Part shown: positions 18,800-27,707 of the stretch, in pieces
Position numbering within the stretch: the first letter of the stretch is position 1
Layout: the number at the start of each line of letters is the position of its first letter
Virus record (IMG/VR): IMGVR_UViG_3300045988_129623
Strand: one strand, 5' to 3'
Source: a virus
Length of the DNA stretch: 64,000 nt
The notes under the pieces: model-generated
What the model saw: only the letters and a program-made list of their open reading frames with translations
What the model was told of the DNA's origin: nothing
The model's database searches: none
Made by a program: the position numbers and the translations under genes

Positions 18800-19546
18800 A
18801 TGGCAGCATTAACAACACTAAATATAACGGAAAAGAACGCTAATAACAGTTTGTCTGTAACTGCTAAAGTGAATGTCACCAAAGAAGGAGTGTTTACCAC
18901 TACCTTGTCAAAAGAAGATGTGGACAAGATTCATTCTTATGGGATCAAATTACCTACAAACAGATTAGGCAACGAAGGATATTTCAATAGTATAGCACTT
19001 TCTGATTTGGAAAGTCAAATCAGGGAAGTTCTGAAGAGATGTTTGAGTTATAAAATAGTAGAAGAAGTGCCTGTTATTAAGTATCAACTGGAAACGAATT
19101 GCGTGTTTTCCTATGACAAAAACGGAAATATTGTCCCTAACCCCTCTAAGGAATGGACAGGAGGCGATGAAAATGGAAAATGGAGAGATGGAACTTCCCG
19201 TTTAGATGCCTTAAACACCCAACCTTTTGGTTTTAGTGTTTATGCAAAACCATTTCTAAAAAGAGTAATTGAATATGGAAATGGAGAGACAAAAGTAGAA
19301 TACGGCAGGTTAAATACAGAAAAAGGAACTTATGCGCACTGGCTGAATTGTGTAACGAGCATATCATACAATAGACATAAACAGGTAATGGAAGTGGAGT
19401 GTAACGAATGTACCTCGAAATTATTCGTTGATATGATCAAGTCCATTTGTAATATAAGCGAACAAGTTAAGAGTTTTGTCAATCCAGAACAAATAAAAGC
19501 AATTGCGGAGTCAAATGAACCGATTTTGCTTTTATCTAACAACTAA
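18800..19546 (+). CDS. hypothetical protein (248 aa)
   Basis: ORF track. Confidence 0.8.
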   Translation: MAALTTLNITEKNANNSLSVTAKVNVTKEGVFTTTLSKEDVDKIHSYGIKLPTNRLGNEGYFNSIALSDLESQIREVLKRCLSYKIVEEVPVIKYQLETNCVFSYDKNGNIVPNPSKEWTGGDENGKWRDGTSRLDALNTQPFGFSVYAKPFLKRVIEYGNGETKVEYGRLNTEKGTYAHWLNCVTSISYNRHKQVMEVECNECTSKLFVDMIKSICNISEQVKSFVNPEQIKAIAESNEPILLLSNN

Positions 19547-19552
19547 AAAATC

Positions 19553-19693
19553 ATGAGGTATATATGTGTTTTTATCTGCTTTCTGTTATGGCTTATTTTT
19601 ACATTGTTATTATCATCAACTGTCATAGGATTGGTTATAAGCGTGAGTGATGAATGGCGGGAAATGGGTGACAAAATAATAGATAAACTTTAA
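19553..19693 (+). CDS. small hydrophobic peptide (46 aa, one predicted TM segment). It is below the ORF-track size cutoff
   Basis: ATG-initiated ORF filling an otherwise empty 150-nt gap; sequence MRYICVFICFLLWLIFTLLLSSTVIGLVISV. Confidence 0.35.
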   Translation: MRYICVFICFLLWLIFTLLLSSTVIGLVISVSDEWREMGDKIIDKL

Positions 19694-19699
19694 TAAAAT

Positions 19700-19945
19700 A
19701 TGAATAAGAATATAATCAACAACGCTCAACTTTTAGAGATTAAAACTAAGATTAGACAACTTGGAGCAATGATGAATGCATATCAATGCAGGTTTGTGGT
19801 TTCTTCGGGTCAATTGTTTTTTGTGGATGATGAATATGCTGGAACGGTTAAACTGACTAATCTTGATAATGGAGAATCTAACATATCATTCCCTTCATGT
19901 GACGATGGATTGATAATCAATCCAGCCGATAAGCATATTAAATAA
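19700..19945 (+). CDS. hypothetical protein (81 aa)
   Basis: ORF track. Confidence 0.6.
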   Translation: MNKNIINNAQLLEIKTKIRQLGAMMNAYQCRFVVSSGQLFFVDDEYAGTVKLTNLDNGESNISFPSCDDGLIINPADKHIK

Positions 19946-19989
19946 TTTCAAAACTAAAAATATTTAAATTAATTAAACAATAATAAGAC

Positions 19990-20700
19990 ATGAAACAAGA
20001 TATAGAATTTGCTGTTCCTCTTTTTAAAGCTGGTGCAGAATGGCGCATTAACAGCGTGTGGCATTCTATAACAGTAATTCCAGATTGCCACCGTTTTATT
20101 GTGTTTCTCCCTAAGAAATCAACAATAGGATCAAAGAATCCAATTATGGGTATATTGGAAGAGAACAGAACTTTTATATCCAGCCGTCCAGGATGTATTT
20201 TATGCAGATTAGATGAAATGGAATCATGGGCTTATTTGGATGATCTATTACCTTAGGTAATTATATACTCAATTTTAAAAAATGCATTTAAAATAGAATC
20301 AAGGTTTCTGACAGGATCGTATGAACAGTTTTGGATCATAAAAGAAAGTGTTTGCCCGGCTATTAAAGGGGAAGCGGGGTATAGCAAAGAAGAGTTTGAT
20401 AAGGTAAACAAGGAAAACAAAGATCCAGAATTGGAAAGTATAAATTCCTTCAATGATACTGTGAAAAAAGCCAATGAAATTAAAGACAGGGTGTTGAAAT
20501 GCGTGTACAACATAAAACAAGAGCGTTCATATAACAATGACCTGGTTGGTATCTTTGAAAGGTATAAAGATATAGCAGACGGTGATATGGAGGTAGCTAT
20601 GAATTTTATTAAGGAGGCCTATCCATTCAATGAAGAAACAGAGTCGTTTATCAGAAAAAAGTTTGACATGCCTATACCGGACGAATCAAAAGAGCAGTAA
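19990..20700 (+). CDS. hypothetical protein. It would be 236 aa if the single in-frame TAG at 20254-20256 is read through. Otherwise it is 88 aa plus a downstream fragment that has only a TTG start
   Basis: The same frame is open from 20257 to 20700 with no ATG before 20431 (a TTG). See findings. Confidence 0.5.
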
Positions 20701-20774
20701 TTAAGCTAAATTAAATTATTTTGAATCTTTTTTATTATCAAAAGACATATCTTTGTCCAAAAAAAACAAACAGA

Positions 20775-21029
20775 ATGGAAGAAAAAGAGATAAAAGAAGC
20801 TATGATTGAAGCCCTGACGCACTTAGAGGGGTGTAAGTATTTCGTGGCTACGATAGTAAATGAAGAGGAAAGAAGATTTGATATGAGTCAAAGAATGTCA
20901 CAGCATCAATTGGCGTTAGTTATAAAAGGTATCTTATCCAACAATGAGATGATGATGATGGACGTTTTGCAGTGGTGTTCTGAAAGATTTAAAAATAGTA
21001 TAGAGAAAGGAAAGAAATCAACTAATTAA
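20775..21029 (+). CDS. hypothetical protein. The ATG at 20775 is preferred
   Basis: ORF track frame. Confidence 0.6.
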   Translation: MEEKEIKEAMIEALTHLEGCKYFVATIVNEEERRFDMSQRMSQHQLALVIKGILSNNEMMMMDVLQWCSERFKNSIEKGKKSTN

Positions 21030-21040
21030 ATATTAGTACA

Positions 21041-21511
21041 ATGAATCGCTGGTTTGAAATTACGGTAAAAGCCGAGATTGATAATATCGAGAACGGCAAA
21101 AAAAAGAAAGTAACTGAAAAGTATTTGGTAGATGCCTTATCTTATACAGAGGCAGAATCAAGATCTTTAGAGATTTTCGAGGATTTATTTGAAGTATTCG
21201 ACATTGTTAAAATAAATCCTATTAAAGTGTCGGAAATCTTCTTCAACGGAGAAGCTGAGTACTGGTATAAGTGTAAGGTGAATTACATTACACTGGATGA
21301 AAAGAAAGGTAAAGAAAAGAAAACTCCATGCTATATGTATGTCCAGGCCGGCAATCCTAAGGATGCCGAAGCTGTGTTGACTAAAGGCATGCAGGGTACG
21401 TTGGGCGACTGGAATTGCGAAGCTATTGCTGAAACGAAGATCATTGACGTATTCAAATACGATCTTCAGAAGGGAGCTGAAAAATTAGGCGAGAAGAAGA
21501 GTGAAGAGTAA
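21041..21511 (+). CDS. hypothetical protein (156 aa)
   Basis: ORF track. Confidence 0.7.
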   Translation: MNRWFEITVKAEIDNIENGKKKKVTEKYLVDALSYTEAESRSLEIFEDLFEVFDIVKINPIKVSEIFFNGEAEYWYKCKVNYITLDEKKGKEKKTPCYMYVQAGNPKDAEAVLTKGMQGTLGDWNCEAIAETKIIDVFKYDLQKGAEKLGEKKSEE

Positions 21512-21740
21512 GGCTGATGTAGTTTCCAACATAGCGCTTGTTGTGGCGATAATATCATTGCTTTCAGCAGGCGCTTTCCTTCTGATAGTGATTAAGACAG
21601 ACGAGGTATCTAAATTATTAATGAACGTACCTTATCTACTGGCTTCAGTGGGATTGTTCTTTTCAATAATATCATTATTATTCGAATGGAAAGCAAGGAA
21701 AAGAAGCTATACGTCTGCGAACGATGCGGACGAAAAGTGA
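21501..21740 (+). CDS. small membrane protein (two hydrophobic segments)
   Basis: Hydrophobic stretches IALVVAIISLLSAGAFLLIVI and LLASVGLFFSIISLLF. Confidence 0.55.
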   Translation: MKSKADVVSNIALVVAIISLLSAGAFLLIVIKTDEVSKLLMNVPYLLASVGLFFSIISLLFEWKARKRSYTSANDADEK

Positions 21741-22210
21741 TGATAAGAAGTCATGGCTTATGCCAGGCTTGCAGGAGCAAAGAGTTGACTCCGAAGAAAA
21801 AAAACAGAATTACATCCATTAAAAACAGCAGCAAGAAGAAAAAGTTAGAGAACCCGGATTTATCCGGGTTTTTTCGTCTTATGCTGGAGGAGTTGAATAG
21901 TATTCGAATGTCTATGACCGGTAAGGCTATTCATTTTCCTACAGTATGTAACGTATGTCACATACTTCCAAAAAGGATATATAAGTCGGTTGCCACTTGC
22001 AGAGATAATATAGTTTTTCTACATGAATCGGAGCATACGGTATTCGACATGTATCTTGACCGGATGGAATTTGATAAACTTGAAACAGAATTTCCTTTTG
22101 TATGGAAGTATGCGGTAAAGAAGGTGCTGGATATGGAAAGCAGGGGGATGATTAAAGAAAGAGGTAGATTAATTATTGAAATAATTGACAGATATGAGAA
22201 AGCTTTATAA
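21686..22210 (+). CDS. hypothetical zinc-ribbon protein (174 aa)
   Basis: CERCG...CQAC. Confidence 0.65.
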   Translation: MESKEKKLYVCERCGRKVMIRSHGLCQACRSKELTPKKKNRITSIKNSSKKKKLENPDLSGFFRLMLEELNSIRMSMTGKAIHFPTVCNVCHILPKRIYKSVATCRDNIVFLHESEHTVFDMYLDRMEFDKLETEFPFVWKYAVKKVLDMESRGMIKERGRLIIEIIDRYEKAL

Positions 22211-22370
22211 AATAAGAATAGAAGCTGACAATGAAACTATCTTTTATGCTCACATACAAAGAGAGAGTTATGGCAAGGATATAGCTATCGCAGTGAAAGA
22301 TAGAGATAAAGATGAAGTGGAAACAGTGTTACATTGTATTAAAGAAGAATTGATTAGAGGAAGATCATGA
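22185..22370 (+). CDS. hypothetical protein (61 aa)
   Basis: ORF track only. Confidence 0.4.
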   Translation: MTDMRKLYKIRIEADNETIFYAHIQRESYGKDIAIAVKDRDKDEVETVLHCIKEELIRGRS

Positions 22371-23683
22371 AAGAGAAGATAAAAATATTGACAGATTTAG
22401 GGTTTGCGCCTATGGTAGAAGGAGAAGGAAATACGTTGTTTAGAATGAACGATGTTGTGATGTCGGTGTCAGATCCTAACCAAACACCAGAGCAGTTGAA
22501 GAAGGAGGTTATGTCTTTAATAAAGAACAGAGACATAGCAGAAAAAGGTGGACAGGTTCCAGTAGTTGAAGAGCCGGCGCCTGAGCCAGAGCAGGCCCAG
22601 AAGGAGGAACCGGAAGCTCAGGCGGAGGAAGCCGCTCCTAACCCTGGAGAAGAAGATTCGAATCCGTTTACAGAAAATCAGGAAACGTTAGAGCCGTTTT
22701 ATATCTGTGATGAGTTAAAGAAGATCGAGACTCCCAAATTCGTAAGATTGACATTAGACGGTAATCGTTTTTATGTAAGAAAGATGGACGATGGGACAGC
22801 CAAGATATACGCCTCGGTAACAACCATGATCAGAGACGGATTCGTAGATGACAAGACGGCTCTTCAAGAATGGAGACAGGAGATGAGGATGATTGGTCGC
22901 AATCCGGAAGAAGTATCAGAATATGATGCAGATAAAGGAACGATCATGCACTACCTATACGGATTGTACTTGACAGGTAGAGATATGGTTTTAAATCGAA
23001 GTTTTATAGTTAAGACAGTGCAAGAAGGCAAGCTTAAAATATCAAAAAAGAATCTTGACAAATTCTTTGGTAGCATAGATGATCTTGACGATATGATTGT
23101 CAGAGTTATGAAGTTTGCTAAGTTTTGTTCGGAGTATAAGGTTAAGCCGATGATGATTGAAAGAATATTGTCATTAGAGGACTATTTGGTAGCTACGCCG
23201 ATAGATGCGATGGTTGAAATGACATTCAAATACAAAGAAGAAGGTTATTTTGGAGCCGTGTATCAAAGGGCCACAGGGCAGTTCAAAAAAGGTGATCCGA
23301 AGAAGGAAGTGAGAGAAGTGGAGAAAGAAGAGATTGTTATCTTAGATTTTAAATCAGGTGACATACGAAATGAACACGCTTTTCAATTGGAGGCTGAAAG
23401 AAGAATGGTTAAAAACTGGTACGGAATTGATGCACGTATTATGAATTTTTCTCCAAAAAGCACGAACAGTAAAGGTTATACGCTAAAAGAATGGTCTGAT
23501 AAAAATGCTGCTATGGAGAAAGCGGACTGTGTGTTCCAACAAGGGATGTTGAATCATATCAGAAAAGACAAGAGGTTCAAAGTGAGAAAAGGAGTACTGA
23601 ATATCAATAAGCCTTACAATGAAGAGGATCATATTGTCGTATATGATATTGCTGAGGAAATGTCTAAAAGATTTGTAATATAA
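22367..23683 (+). CDS. putative PD-(D/E)XK (RecB-family) nuclease-like protein, 438 aa
   Basis: IDAMVE ... ILDFKSGD motif resembling the RecB-family D...D/E-x-K core; weak. Confidence 0.45.
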   Translation: MKEKIKILTDLGFAPMVEGEGNTLFRMNDVVMSVSDPNQTPEQLKKEVMSLIKNRDIAEKGGQVPVVEEPAPEPEQAQKEEPEAQAEEAAPNPGEEDSNPFTENQETLEPFYICDELKKIETPKFVRLTLDGNRFYVRKMDDGTAKIYASVTTMIRDGFVDDKTALQEWRQEMRMIGRNPEEVSEYDADKGTIMHYLYGLYLTGRDMVLNRSFIVKTVQEGKLKISKKNLDKFFGSIDDLDDMIVRVMKFAKFCSEYKVKPMMIERILSLEDYLVATPIDAMVEMTFKYKEEGYFGAVYQRATGQFKKGDPKKEVREVEKEEIVILDFKSGDIRNEHAFQLEAERRMVKNWYGIDARIMNFSPKSTNSKGYTLKEWSDKNAAMEKADCVFQQGMLNHIRKDKRFKVRKGVLNINKPYNEEDHIVVYDIAEEMSKRFVI

Positions 23684-23692
23684 ATAAGCATT

Positions 23693-24706
23693 ATGCTTGA
23701 TTTTAGAAGATACGAAAACGTACCCAGGTTTCAACTTGACCGCAGACCCGGCAGGAGTCGACTGAAGCTGACCTGCCCGGCTTGCGGGAAAAGCCGGTGC
23801 CTCACTCCTTATATTGATGTGGCAACAGGTCAGGTTGTTGGCAACGAGTTCGGAAGATGCGATCATGAACGGACTTGCGGTTACGATAAACGACCTACTG
23901 GTAAGGATGTAGGTGACAAAGATCTTTGGATTTCGGGAAACAAGTGTATAAGAGCTTATCGTCCTCCTGTAAATCCTGACGTTGTAAATTACATACCTTT
24001 TAGCGAGTTTGAGAGGACTGTGGTTCCAGACGACAGAAACACCGTATTTAGATTTTTATCGTCTCTATGGGGAAAAGAAAGGGTATCTGATGTATTCAGG
24101 AGGTATCATGTCGGAACAATGGACTTATGGGGATGGAAAGGGTGTTGTATATTCTGGCAGATAGACAAAGATTTTGTATGTAGAACCGGCAAGATCATGG
24201 ACTTTTATATAAAGACCGACAGCCAGGGGAATGAGATTGATGTAAAAAGAGTGAAAGAAAAAGACGGTGACAATGAGCGGCCTCATGTTATGTTTTATCA
24301 CTCGTTGCATGCAAGAGACTTCTTGTTTAGACAATGCCTGTTCGGAGAACATCTTCTAAGCCAGTATCCGGATAAGGTGGTTAATTTGGTGGAATCAGAA
24401 AAGACGGCTATTATATGCGCTGTGAATAAACCGGATGAGTTATTTGTAGCTACCGGTGGGTTGCAGAATCTAAGGCCGGAAGTGATAGATGTTTTAAAAG
24501 ATAGAAAGACTGTAGCTTTTCCGGACAAAGGACAAGCATTTGAGACATGGAGTAAAAAGATAGATGGGATGATGATGAAGTCAAGGATAAAAGTATCAGA
24601 CTATCTTCAAAATGTTGAAAATGTAGGGGACGGAGATGATGTGGCAGATTTGATAATCAATAACAAGGTAAAAGAGAAATATCATGAGCCTGGATGTTTA
24701 TATTAA
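23693..24706 (+). CDS. putative DNA primase (zinc-binding N-terminal domain plus Toprim-like core)
   Basis: CPACG...C..H..C zinc motif; conserved acidic residues (VESEKTAII ... FPDKGQA) resembling Toprim. Confidence 0.5.
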   Translation: MLDFRRYENVPRFQLDRRPGRSRLKLTCPACGKSRCLTPYIDVATGQVVGNEFGRCDHERTCGYDKRPTGKDVGDKDLWISGNKCIRAYRPPVNPDVVNYIPFSEFERTVVPDDRNTVFRFLSSLWGKERVSDVFRRYHVGTMDLWGWKGCCIFWQIDKDFVCRTGKIMDFYIKTDSQGNEIDVKRVKEKDGDNERPHVMFYHSLHARDFLFRQCLFGEHLLSQYPDKVVNLVESEKTAIICAVNKPDELFVATGGLQNLRPEVIDVLKDRKTVAFPDKGQAFETWSKKIDGMMMKSRIKVSDYLQNVENVGDGDDVADLIINNKVKEKYHEPGCLY

Positions 24707-25037
24707 GAACAAGAAGAAAGAAGAGGATCGTGAATGGGTTGCAAACATTACCCACAACATGAACAAGATGGCACAAAGAATATTCGTATCAGAAAATAAA
24801 GAAACGCTGTACGATTATGTTTGGAGACCAGAAGAATTGGGTAGGGAAATAGATACCGATGAGATGAAGAATGTACTTACAAAAGGTATATGTATTATGA
24901 TCTCCAAGAGAAAAAGTCTTTTGAAATACGAGCCAGAAAATGGATGGGGGTCTTATGATTCATTTCTTAAGTTTCTTATCAAATACAAAGAGGCGTGTGA
25001 AGATAATCCAGGTTATATAATTGAAGCAAGCAGATAA
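24684..25037 (+). CDS. hypothetical protein (117 aa)
   Basis: ORF track. Confidence 0.65.
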   Translation: MSLDVYIKNKKKEEDREWVANITHNMNKMAQRIFVSENKETLYDYVWRPEELGREIDTDEMKNVLTKGICIMISKRKSLLKYEPENGWGSYDSFLKFLIKYKEACEDNPGYIIEASR

Positions 25038-25296
25038 TATGGAAAATTACAAAAACACTTTAAACGAGGTAGTGGTGATCGAATCGTCACCAGAAACGTA
25101 TTTTGTTTACGCTATTCGTAATGCTATTCGTATCTCTAAATGCGCGTATCCGACAGCCAAGAAAGTAATTTTCAAAAGAGAGGACATAGAGGTAGAGATC
25201 TCAGAAATGGAAACTGAAAGCAGTTTGTATGAAAAGTTTAAAGAAAAACAAAAGAATAGGGTATGGAACTTAATGAGCGCCAACAACGGGTTTTAA
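25021..25296 (+). CDS. hypothetical protein (91 aa)
   Basis: ORF track. Confidence 0.55.
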   Translation: MKQADNMENYKNTLNEVVVIESSPETYFVYAIRNAIRISKCAYPTAKKVIFKREDIEVEISEMETESSLYEKFKEKQKNRVWNLMSANNGF

Positions 25297-25829
25297 GAGG
25301 CGAAATTTGTCCTTATTGCGGAAGAGAAACTGAGCTGGTAAATGCCGATAAAATATATAGCAGAAAAGGCTTAGGGATGGTTATGATGTGCAAACCATGC
25401 AACGCTTATGTCGGTGTTCATGAATCAGGGCCGAATAAGGGAAAAGCTAAAGGCCGGCTTGCGGGGCCATCACTGAGATCTCTTAAGATAAGAGTCCATG
25501 CCGAACTTGACAGACTATGGTCTACGCCGGAGGAACGGAAAAGGATGTATAAAGATTTATCTGAATTTCTCTTTATACCGGAAGAGTACACACATATAGG
25601 TATGTTTGGCGAGAAGACGATGGGAAAAGTCTTTCAGTTCTGTCATGTAAACAAAGAACGATCAGGTTCGAGAATAGAATGGCATAAACCTGGAGATAAG
25701 TGCCCTAATAAAAACAATCAAATAGTGTCAGGCAGTAGCGCATGTAGAGGATGTCCTGAGTATCTTCATGATGAGAAAGACGGGTATGTCTGGTGTGATC
25801 CTGATATGAGCTACGGCAGGTTGAAATAG
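25263..25829 (+). CDS. zinc-finger protein (188 aa)
   Basis: CPYCG...CKPC and C-terminal C..C..H motifs. Confidence 0.7.
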   Translation: MELNERQQRVLRGEICPYCGRETELVNADKIYSRKGLGMVMMCKPCNAYVGVHESGPNKGKAKGRLAGPSLRSLKIRVHAELDRLWSTPEERKRMYKDLSEFLFIPEEYTHIGMFGEKTMGKVFQFCHVNKERSGSRIEWHKPGDKCPNKNNQIVSGSSACRGCPEYLHDEKDGYVWCDPDMSYGRLK

Positions 25830-25881
25830 GGCGTGAATTGCCTATCTTTGTGCTATTATTAATCAAAAAAAATATAAGCAC

Positions 25882-26157
25882 ATGGGTAGATCGACAGAGT
25901 ACTACAGGACTCATCCCGAAGCCAGGAAGAAAAAGGCTAAAAAGGACAAGGAGATAAATGCCAGACCGGAACAGAAAGCCAAACGCCGAGAGCTTGGTCG
26001 TAAAAACTACGAAACGGACAAGAAGAAGGGTAAGGGCTGGAGAAAAGGAAAGGATTGTTCTCATACCAAGAATGGTCTTAGGTATAAATCAGTAAAAGCT
26101 AATAGGGGATCCAAATCGGATACGAAAGGTGACAAAAATGCAAGATCTCCGAAATAA
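25882..26157 (+). CDS. small highly basic Lys/Arg-rich protein (91 aa)
   Basis: ORF track; composition. Confidence 0.6.
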   Translation: MGRSTEYYRTHPEARKKKAKKDKEINARPEQKAKRRELGRKNYETDKKKGKGWRKGKDCSHTKNGLRYKSVKANRGSKSDTKGDKNARSPK

Positions 26158-26442
26158 TATACAAAAAGACAAATAGAATTTTACTTTTTTGTATATCCAG
26201 TTTTACTGGCCGGTTATTAGCCTAAGTGCTTCGAGCACTACGTTATCGGAGAATGTATAGTTACCCTGGAGTGTTTATCCAAGCTCCAGGCTCTAAGGCA
26301 GGTGATTAAACAGTATTTGTATTTGGATACAGTGTTGCTTGTAAGAAACCTCTGAATAACATTGGCGATGGGTACTAACAGATTGAAATATATCTGACTT
26401 ACTACGAATAGTAGTTATTAATTAAAAATTAGTTTGTAACAA
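26158..26442 (+). ncRNA. candidate omega-RNA, the guide RNA scaffold of the IscB OMEGA system. It is a 285-nt non-coding leader directly upstream of iscB with several strong hairpins
   Basis: No ORF is present. The hairpins are at 26157-26196 (12-bp stem), 26225-26239 (AGTGCT/AGCACT) and 26265-26290 (CCTGGAG/CTCCAGG). This is the position and size expected for IscB omega-RNAs. Confidence 0.5.
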
Positions 26443-27702
26443 ATGGTGTACGTACAAGACATAGATGGTAAACCTTTGATGCCAACAACAAGGCATGGTA
26501 AGGTTAGAAGACTGCTTAAAGACAAAAAGGCAGTTGTTGTCAACTTATGTCCGTTTACCATCAAATTAATGTACGTCACATCTGATTACAAACAGGAAAT
26601 TGTGTTAGGCGTTGATGCTGGAACTAAACATGTTGGTCTATCAGCTACGACGAAAAGCAAGGAGCTTTACGCAAGTGAAGTTATTCTGAGAAATGATATC
26701 ATTAATTTGCTTTCGACAAGAAGAGAATTGAGGAAAGCGAGAAGGAATAGGATAAGGTATAGAAAGCCGAGATTTAATAACAGAATAAAGTCGAAGCGCC
26801 AAGGATGGATAGCTCCATCTGTTTGTCAAAAAATTGATTCCCATATTAAGGTTGTCAGTTTTATACATTCTATCCTTCCTGTTTCAAGATTAATTATAGA
26901 AACTTCTCAGTTTGATACTCAAAAGATTAAGAATCCTGATATATTGGGAAAAGAATACCAGCAAGGCGAGCAACTTGGATTTTGGAATGTTCGAGAATAC
27001 ATACTTTTTCGTGATGGTCACAAATGCCAGCATTGTAAGGGAAAATCGAAAAATCCTATTCTTAATATCCACCATATCGAATCGCGAAAGACTGGTGGAG
27101 ATTCACCTTCTAATTTGATTACTTTATGTGAAACTTGCCATAAGGAGTACCATAAGGGGAATATTAAATTGAAGGTAAAAAGAGGAACTTCACTTCGTGA
27201 TGCGGCCGCGATGGGAATCATGAAATGGAAGTTATTCGATAAATTGAAGTCATTATATCCAAACGTTAGTATGACATTTGGATATATAACGAAACATAAT
27301 CGGATAAAACATAGAATCGAAAAGTCCCATGTTTCTGATGCATTTGTTATCTCAGAGAATTTTAAAGCAAAAAGGCTTGGATATCATTTCAAGATGAAAC
27401 TCACACGGAGACATAATAGGCAAATTCATAAAATGAAGATGCAAAAGGGAGGGATCAAAAGAATGAATCAATCACCATTTAGGGTATTTGGGTTTAGACT
27501 ATTTGATAAAGTAATGTTTTATGGTGAAAAACGATTTATTTACGCAAGAAGACTTTCTGGTAGTTTTAAAATAAAAGATATAGATGGGGAAAATGAGAAA
27601 AATATATCATATAAAAAATTAAAATATATAGGACATGGATTGACTTCTATTGAAGTAGATCAATCATATGGATATAAAGCAAATACACATAATAACGAAT
27701 AA
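26443..27702 (+). CDS. iscB: IscB RNA-guided nuclease (OMEGA system). It has an N-terminal PLMP domain, RuvC-I, an Arg-rich bridge helix, RuvC-II, an HNH domain and RuvC-III
   Basis: GKPLMPTTRHGKVRRLL (PLMP motif); LGVDAGTKHVGLS (RuvC-I aspartate); RRELRKARRNRIRYRKPRFNNR (bridge helix); LIIETSQF (RuvC-II glutamate); CQHCKG...NIHHIESRKTGG...LITLCETCH (HNH); SHVSDAF (RuvC-III aspartate). Length is 419 aa. Confidence 0.9.
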   Translation: MVYVQDIDGKPLMPTTRHGKVRRLLKDKKAVVVNLCPFTIKLMYVTSDYKQEIVLGVDAGTKHVGLSATTKSKELYASEVILRNDIINLLSTRRELRKARRNRIRYRKPRFNNRIKSKRQGWIAPSVCQKIDSHIKVVSFIHSILPVSRLIIETSQFDTQKIKNPDILGKEYQQGEQLGFWNVREYILFRDGHKCQHCKGKSKNPILNIHHIESRKTGGDSPSNLITLCETCHKEYHKGNIKLKVKRGTSLRDAAAMGIMKWKLFDKLKSLYPNVSMTFGYITKHNRIKHRIEKSHVSDAFVISENFKAKRLGYHFKMKLTRRHNRQIHKMKMQKGGIKRMNQSPFRVFGFRLFDKVMFYGEKRFIYARRLSGSFKIKDIDGENEKNISYKKLKYIGHGLTSIEVDQSYGYKANTHNNE

Positions 27703-27707
27703 TCACA

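Noticed and set aside
26157-26196. The hairpin immediately after the Lys-rich gene as a simple terminator instead of part of the omega-RNA/IS left end.
   Set aside because: The stem is AT-rich with no downstream U-run. Its role cannot be decided from sequence alone, so it was folded into the omega-RNA finding and not given its own terminator call.
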